63,005 nt of DNA from Ignavibacteria bacterium UBA7675 (GTDB taxonomy: Bacteria > Bacteroidota > Ignavibacteria > Kapaibacteriales > UB7675), in NCBI GenBank assembly GCA_002483085.1, contig DLHF01000063.1, positions 16,602-79,606 on the forward strand. Reading direction: 5' to 3'. A program made the position numbers and the translations under genes. How positions within the stretch are numbered: position 1 is the first letter of the stretch; each line of letters opens with the position of its first letter. Positions 57,249 to 63,005 of this stretch are shown one piece after another. Under the pieces are notes generated by a model that made no database searches, was not told the origin of the DNA, and saw only the letters and a list, made by a program, of their open reading frames with translations.

Positions 57249-57827
57249 ATGGCAATGAATCAAGAAAAAATCCAAGCACTGCTTTATTCTACAGGTGCTC
57301 TTCAGGACGAACACGTAGTGTTGCCAGACGGCAGGCATTCCAATACTCGGCTTCGTCCCCTTAAGGTTTTGCAGTTCCCGCCCTTTTGCCGCAAAGTGGC
57401 CTTTGAGCTTGTAGAGCATTTTCTCGACATCGACGCGCAAGTTGTCGTAGCCGCAAGTGTGGATGCGATTTTGTTGGCTGCCGAGATGGCTCGGCAATTA
57501 GAAGCACGCGTGGTCTTTGCTACAACGCCTGCCGGTGCCGACACTGCTGCACTGCATCCGGATTTTGCCATTCACTCCGGCGATAGAGTCGTGATGGTCG
57601 ATACTCTTCTCACCGACAACCCGGCAGCTTTGCGCTCACTGGGGCGCAGGATTCTTATGGAAGATGCCCGATTGATCGGAGTTGCTTCCCTCTTCGACAC
57701 GAGTACGGCTGCTCATATCTTTAATGTACGGCAGGTGACAGTGGCAAAAATCACCCCACAGTACTGGGAGAAAGAAGCCTGTCCTACATGCGCGGGCGAT
57801 ACCACCGCACTTGTTCCACAAGAGTAA
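57249..57827 (+). CDS. Orotate phosphoribosyltransferase-like protein (type I PRTase fold, degenerate PRPP loop)
   Basis: GAL...H.VL.DGRHS, C-terminal CPTC; PRPP motif reads VVMVDTLLTDN. Confidence 0.7.
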   Translation: MAMNQEKIQALLYSTGALQDEHVVLPDGRHSNTRLRPLKVLQFPPFCRKVAFELVEHFLDIDAQVVVAASVDAILLAAEMARQLEARVVFATTPAGADTAALHPDFAIHSGDRVVMVDTLLTDNPAALRSLGRRILMEDARLIGVASLFDTSTAAHIFNVRQVTVAKITPQYWEKEACPTCAGDTTALVPQE

Positions 57828-57996
57828 TTTTGCTGGTTCTTTTGCTCGTCGAATAGGTGTGTTGCCAGCTTACAGCACATGGATATGAATTTTATCCTTG
57901 CCTTTCAGCGGTGGAATATGTAACCTGCGCGTTGTCTCAGCGGTTTTATCTTGAAGTAATTTATAAGTGCCTTCTTTAATACCAACAAGTGCGTCT

Positions 57997-60900
57997 ATGA
58001 CAACAATGATACGTCGTATTCTTTTCTTTTTGGTCGGTTTTTGTATGACTCTGCCCCTCGCGGCGCAGACAATGTCGGTGTTTTCAATCGACCCTACCTA
58101 TTTTCCGACCATCCAAGCCCGGCTCATTGTAGCCACTAAGCAGGAACAGTCTATCCGGAATTTTTCTCCGGGGGATTTTGTCATTACAGAAAATGGCAAG
58201 CCGGTTTCCGGTATTACCGTGAGCTGTCCACCGGTGACAGACAAGGGGTGTGTGAATGTTGTCATGGTAATCGACCAAAGTCTCTCCATGATGGAATTAA
58301 TTCCCCCGGCGAACATAGTTACACGTTTGGAAGCTGTAAAGGCGGGTGCAGGCACATTTCTGCAGACCATTGACTTCAAGCCTCCTACCGTTGTTGCTCT
58401 TACTTCGTTTGACAAATACTCTTATGTGCTCAACGATTTTAGCAGCTCGCGTCTTCCGCTGGAAGGCAAAGTGCAGGGTATCAAACCGAATGAGGACATT
58501 GTAGGTACGAACTACGGAGCTGGTCTTGCCGACCCATTTGCTGGCGCGATTCCCTTGCTACAGCAGCGCTCGAAGCAGTGCCCCCGCGTGATTGTATTTT
58601 TGACTGATGGTTTTCCTTACAACCCCGATTTTTATCCTGATCAGGCCGATTCCATCCAGAAAATCCTGATACAGGAGGAGATACAGTTGTATGCGATTTC
58701 CATTGGCACCGACCACATGCACCCCTTGCTCAAGCGTTTAGCGGAAAAATCCGGCGGGATGGCTTTTGTAAAAGACAATCCTACGGTAGACGAGTTAAAA
58801 GGCATCTATAAAAGAATTGCAGAGCAGGTGCAGGGAGCAGAGCCGTGTACGATAAGCTGGCAGGCTAATCTCGGTTGCGGCGATGACAGCAGGCTGCGCA
58901 AGCTCGAAGTAGCGTATCAGCCGCTGAGCATACGAGCTAATGAGCAGTACATTGCGCCCGAACGAAGCGTAGGGGAACTGAAGCAATCGGCGTATGTTCT
59001 TGCTTTTGGCAGCCCGCCGGTGGGCACACCAGTTACCAAGCAACTGAAGCTCACGGCTCGCAATTATCCCTTTACTATTAGTGGATCGGCATTTGACCCA
59101 CCCAATCCTTACTTTCAGGTGACCGACTGGGGCGGTGCTACTCCCGGTGAAGTTCCTCCGCTTAGTATTGCTGCCGGTGAAGAAAGAACGATTACCGTAA
59201 CTTTTACGCAGGCAGGCTCGCAGCAGTACCGTTCCGCTAATCTTTTATTGGCAACATCGCCTTGTGCGGTAGAGCCCGTAGCCGTATGGGGGGGAGCTCC
59301 TCCAGAAGAAGGCTCGCCTATCCGCTTATTTGCGCCCAATGGCGACCGCGATCTGTCGATATGCGACACGACGACCATTCGTTGGGGTGGTGTTCCCGAA
59401 TATATGCCTGTGCGACTGATGTACAGCACTGACAATGGAAGCAACTGGAATCTCATAAAAGATAATGTAACCGGCGATAGCTATGTATGGCAGCCTAGCC
59501 AGGTCACTAATCAAGGCTTGGTAAAAGTAGAGTCTCTCAAGGATTTTATAGACTGGAAATGGGCGCGCCGCGAGGGCGATTTGGAGATAGATCGGGCGAT
59601 GGGTCTTGGCGTGGATGGTAATAACTACAGCTATATGGTCGGCGACCACAAGGGCACGATCATGGTCGATACATTCGAGCTAAAGCAAAGCCCACGCTTT
59701 CTGGCTCGTTATGCGCCCGATGGCTCTGTGGTATGGGCTCGCGATATTGACAAGACTTCCATTGACATCGCTGTCTCCCGCGAGGGCGATTCCTATGTGC
59801 TCGGGCATACATTCCTTACCCGATATAGGTCTGATAGTACAGAAGCTTGGACTGTGAAATACCCTATTTTCCCAATTGATACTCTTGTGGATATTGCCAT
59901 TGATGGGTCAGGCAACTGCTGGGTAGGCGGGATTACGACAATTGAAACAGGCGGGCCAGTTGATAATTACGAAATTTTTGTCCGCAAATACGGATCTAAT
60001 GGCCAGTTGCAAATTCCTTCAATTGCCCGTCAGGATTCAAAGCTGTACGCTATTGCCGCTGATGCAAGTGGCAGCGTCGTGGTAGCTGGGTATTTTCAGG
60101 GTAAAAAAGGCGATTTGTTTGGAGGAGCTGCTATAGACCCGGGCTATTTCCTTGCGAAGTTCAACAATACAGGTAGCCAAGTCTGGGTGAAAAATACCGA
60201 AGAGATTCATACGACAGCACTCGCGTGCGATAAGGACGGGAATATACTTCAGACCGGATGGTTTACTTCTACACGTAAATTTGGTACACTCCAGGTGACA
60301 TCTTCCGGTGGCCAAGATATGTTCGTAGCCAAGTATCAGCCTGATGGCACTATCCAGTGGGTGAAAACTGGTGGCGCTACAGCGAGCACTTCCGAGTCTG
60401 GTGTTGATGTTTCGACCGATGGCAATGGCAATTGTTATGTGGTCGGTACCTTCGAAAAGAGCACGGCCAAAATGCGTATCGACGCCGTAGATGTTGATGC
60501 AAAAGGCCAGAGCGACGTATTCCTTGTAAAAATCAAGCCCAGTGGCGCAGTTGAGTGGATGAACGGTATTGGCGGTGTAAAATCGGATACTGTTGCGGCT
60601 CTTGGTGTAGACCAAGCTGGCAAGTGCTACATCGCAGGGGCTTTTGAAGAAACCGTTACGTTGGGTGTACACTCTATTACCAGCGGTGGCATGAAAGATG
60701 CGTTTGTAGCCTGTATTGGTGTAATTCCCGCAGGCGCCGACCTAAGCGACAGTGCGTTTGCCGTGCTTGCCCCGCAACTAACTGTGAAAGACAATCCGCT
60801 TAATGTAGGCGATATTGCCGTTGGAGAGTTTCTTTCCGCAACATTTAAGCAAGTTGTATGCAACACGGGTGCACAGCCGGTGCATATTATCACATCAAGT

Positions 60901-62736
60901 ATCGGTGGTGCTAACAGTGCCGATTTTCAGCTCATTTCCAGCCTCGATAATATTACCATTGAACCAGGTGAGTGCAGAACAATAGAGGTCGTGTTTAGTC
61001 CCTCGGCAGTTGGTACGCGCAATGCCAGCCTTGTCATAGAGGCTGAGTGCATTCCCACGCTTTCCACTCCTCTAGTGGGCGTGGGGCTCAATCCGTGTCT
61101 GCTTTCATACACTAAAACGCTCAATGTCGATGATACAGATGTAGGCATTCCACTGGCGACGACATTTACTAACACGTTGATCAATACAGGTACGGAAACA
61201 ATTACTTTTACTGTTGCGATCTTTGGCCCCGGAAGCTCTGCCTACACGCTTCAGTCGCCTGCTACAGTGATACTCGGTCCTGGTGATCCCTATACACTAG
61301 TTGTAGAGTTTACACCCACGCAGCCCGGAGAGGCAGCCGCAGCCTATGTAAGCTATACATCTGAGTGCGGTACGCTCGTTGCCGAACTGTTCGGCAAAGG
61401 TGTGCCAGTGCCCCCGGTGATCGAAAGTGCCGAGGTGTACTGCGGCGATTTGCTGTGCCTAGGCGATACACGCGATACGATGGTCGTGATCTACAATCGT
61501 GGTAAAACCGACCTTCAGATTAATAATGTCACACTTTCCAAAAATACCGAAGGCTTTACGGTGTTGTCGTGGCCGGCGAAAATCGCTCCACAGAAAAGCG
61601 ATACCGTGCGCCTGAACTTTACACCTGCGACAACTGGGTTCAAATTAGACAGTCTGGTGGTAACGAGTAATGCGTCGAACGATCCCATCTATCGTATTCC
61701 TGTAAGCGGTAAACTGCAAGACATTCGCTTAGATATTCCTGTGAGTCTTGCGTTTGGAACTGTTGCACCACGGGACTTGCCTGTGCGTAAAACTATTACA
61801 GTGCACAATACTGGTGATGCCCGCGTGGAACTGACGGCAGCTTCATTCCGCTTGCCTGCGCCCTTTATCATTACCGGTGGAGTGCCTGCCACATTGAAGC
61901 CCGACTCAAGTGCAGAGATTGAAATTGAATTTGGCGATCCGGGCAACAATGGCAGCTTTAGTGATGTCGTGGATATAGCGTGTACACCATCCTGTAAATC
62001 GTGGTCGGTAGAAGTATCCGGACGCCGCAGTGCAGCAGAAGCTCTGCTCTCGATTCCCGAACTTATTGCCGATCCGCACGACAGGAATTTCCGTATTCCC
62101 ATCTCGCTTACAAGCGGTGGCGACTTTAGCCAGGCCGAAGGACGGAAGTTTACGATTGAAGTAAAATACAACGATGCTCTGTTCTTTATACATTCGTGCA
62201 GCAATGGTAAGATTCTAAAAATTGACACTCTGGCTGCTGATAAACGAATCGTCGTGACAATCGAGGGCATCACGCCTTCGTCGGGAACGGTGCTCACAGA
62301 ACTGATAGGCGATATCTTGCTCGGCGATACGGTGGAAACGCCGATTGAAGTCGTAGTTGTGGACTGGGAAGACGTTGTTGGCTCGGTACAAAAGAATGGC
62401 ACCTTGCGGCTTGTCAATACTTCCGACAGTGGTGGTCTGGATCGCCTGATACACGATCGCGGTCGCAAGCTCGGAATTGACCGCGTGGTACCCAATCCGG
62501 CGAATACACAGGCCAAAGTGTATATCAATACAGTGGAAATTGGCGAGCACGTGTTGGAAGTGTATGATACGGGTGGACGCAGGATATACCATATGTCGTG
62601 GACAGAAGTATCTACAAGCCTTGAAGGTGAAAATGAGATCATACTTCCTACGGAGCAATTCCCGGTAGGCTCGTATAATCTCGTGCTGAAAACACCGACG
62701 CGCACGGCTGAAGGCCGCCTCGTTGTTATCCGCTAA
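57997..62736 (+). CDS. Large secreted VWA + beta-propeller + Ig-like repeat protein with T9SS-type C-terminal domain
   Basis: MIDAS DQSLS and VFLTDG; SBBP-like D..GN.Y..G repeats; VPNPA..PVGSYNL; start uncertain (57967/57997/58006). Confidence 0.85.
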   Translation: MTTMIRRILFFLVGFCMTLPLAAQTMSVFSIDPTYFPTIQARLIVATKQEQSIRNFSPGDFVITENGKPVSGITVSCPPVTDKGCVNVVMVIDQSLSMMELIPPANIVTRLEAVKAGAGTFLQTIDFKPPTVVALTSFDKYSYVLNDFSSSRLPLEGKVQGIKPNEDIVGTNYGAGLADPFAGAIPLLQQRSKQCPRVIVFLTDGFPYNPDFYPDQADSIQKILIQEEIQLYAISIGTDHMHPLLKRLAEKSGGMAFVKDNPTVDELKGIYKRIAEQVQGAEPCTISWQANLGCGDDSRLRKLEVAYQPLSIRANEQYIAPERSVGELKQSAYVLAFGSPPVGTPVTKQLKLTARNYPFTISGSAFDPPNPYFQVTDWGGATPGEVPPLSIAAGEERTITVTFTQAGSQQYRSANLLLATSPCAVEPVAVWGGAPPEEGSPIRLFAPNGDRDLSICDTTTIRWGGVPEYMPVRLMYSTDNGSNWNLIKDNVTGDSYVWQPSQVTNQGLVKVESLKDFIDWKWARREGDLEIDRAMGLGVDGNNYSYMVGDHKGTIMVDTFELKQSPRFLARYAPDGSVVWARDIDKTSIDIAVSREGDSYVLGHTFLTRYRSDSTEAWTVKYPIFPIDTLVDIAIDGSGNCWVGGITTIETGGPVDNYEIFVRKYGSNGQLQIPSIARQDSKLYAIAADASGSVVVAGYFQGKKGDLFGGAAIDPGYFLAKFNNTGSQVWVKNTEEIHTTALACDKDGNILQTGWFTSTRKFGTLQVTSSGGQDMFVAKYQPDGTIQWVKTGGATASTSESGVDVSTDGNGNCYVVGTFEKSTAKMRIDAVDVDAKGQSDVFLVKIKPSGAVEWMNGIGGVKSDTVAALGVDQAGKCYIAGAFEETVTLGVHSITSGGMKDAFVACIGVIPAGADLSDSAFAVLAPQLTVKDNPLNVGDIAVGEFLSATFKQVVCNTGAQPVHIITSSIGGANSADFQLISSLDNITIEPGECRTIEVVFSPSAVGTRNASLVIEAECIPTLSTPLVGVGLNPCLLSYTKTLNVDDTDVGIPLATTFTNTLINTGTETITFTVAIFGPGSSAYTLQSPATVILGPGDPYTLVVEFTPTQPGEAAAAYVSYTSECGTLVAELFGKGVPVPPVIESAEVYCGDLLCLGDTRDTMVVIYNRGKTDLQINNVTLSKNTEGFTVLSWPAKIAPQKSDTVRLNFTPATTGFKLDSLVVTSNASNDPIYRIPVSGKLQDIRLDIPVSLAFGTVAPRDLPVRKTITVHNTGDARVELTAASFRLPAPFIITGGVPATLKPDSSAEIEIEFGDPGNNGSFSDVVDIACTPSCKSWSVEVSGRRSAAEALLSIPELIADPHDRNFRIPISLTSGGDFSQAEGRKFTIEVKYNDALFFIHSCSNGKILKIDTLAADKRIVVTIEGITPSSGTVLTELIGDILLGDTVETPIEVVVVDWEDVVGSVQKNGTLRLVNTSDSGGLDRLIHDRGRKLGIDRVVPNPANTQAKVYINTVEIGEHVLEVYDTGGRRIYHMSWTEVSTSLEGENEIILPTEQFPVGSYNLVLKTPTRTAEGRLVVIR

Positions 62737-62759
62737 TTTCCCCGGAGTGGGCGAAAAAT

Positions 62760-62790
62760 CAACAGCCGGTCCGTAGAGGGCCGGCTGTTG
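62760..62790. terminator. Hairpin, probable terminator
   Basis: CAACAGCCGG..CCGGCTGTTG. Confidence 0.55.
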
Positions 62791-63005
62791 CTGTATAGGG
62801 GAATTAGGTTCGCCAACTACCTGCCGATAATGAGTGAGATTTCCCTTGTTGCAGATGTAGTTGCCGGTAGATAAATTATGTAATGCTGTCTGGATATCTG
62901 CTAGGGGTACGGGCGTTGTGATGGCGTGAACACAGCCGCTGTCATCAGTGGTTTCGTATAGGCTTGCTACCGTAGGAATAGATTGCAAATGGGCTATTGC
63001 AAATG

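Noticed and set aside
62215-63005. Minus-strand ORF at the window end
   Set aside because: Mostly antisense to the VWA gene and runs through a terminator hairpin; it may be the 3' part of a gene outside the window but cannot be called.
1-63005. tRNA or rRNA genes, or a tRNA-based att site with an integrase
   Set aside because: None recognised by eye; no tyrosine or serine recombinase motifs found.

Overview
The window holds an apparently complete 33.5-kb transposable (Mu-like) prophage at 1734-35250, inserted in the chromosome of an FCB-group bacterium. Several host proteins carry T9SS-type C-terminal domains and many genes have Shine-Dalgarno sites, so a Kapabacteria/Ignavibacteria-like host is a plausible inference. 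The prophage has a Mu-type gene set: DDE-fold transposase, Gam, GemA-like, DUF935-like portal, gp36/gp37/gpG/gpF-like proteins and a terminal DNA adenine methylase. Its tail looks non-contractile. It departs from Mu in five ways: (1) it ends in perfect 17-bp GG...CC inverted repeats flanked by a 4-bp CTAT duplication, not TG...CA with 5 bp; (2) I see no MuB-like ATPase; (3) the candidate catalytic triad reads D-E-E; (4) the immunity/transposase module sits inside the genome; (5) the repressor is split into an HTH gene and an S24 peptidase gene. It also has a DUF350-like/CHAP-like fusion endolysin, a candidate u-spanin and a candidate +1 frameshift in the tail chaperone. The host flank is mostly housekeeping (ald, hutI, pfkA, fbp, usp, two hsp20, dnaK, T9SS cargo). 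It also carries a diverged ~250-285-bp intergenic repeat family with a REP-like end, one copy of which lies about 20 bp from the prophage right end. All product calls come from motif recognition and synteny by eye; no database searches were run.
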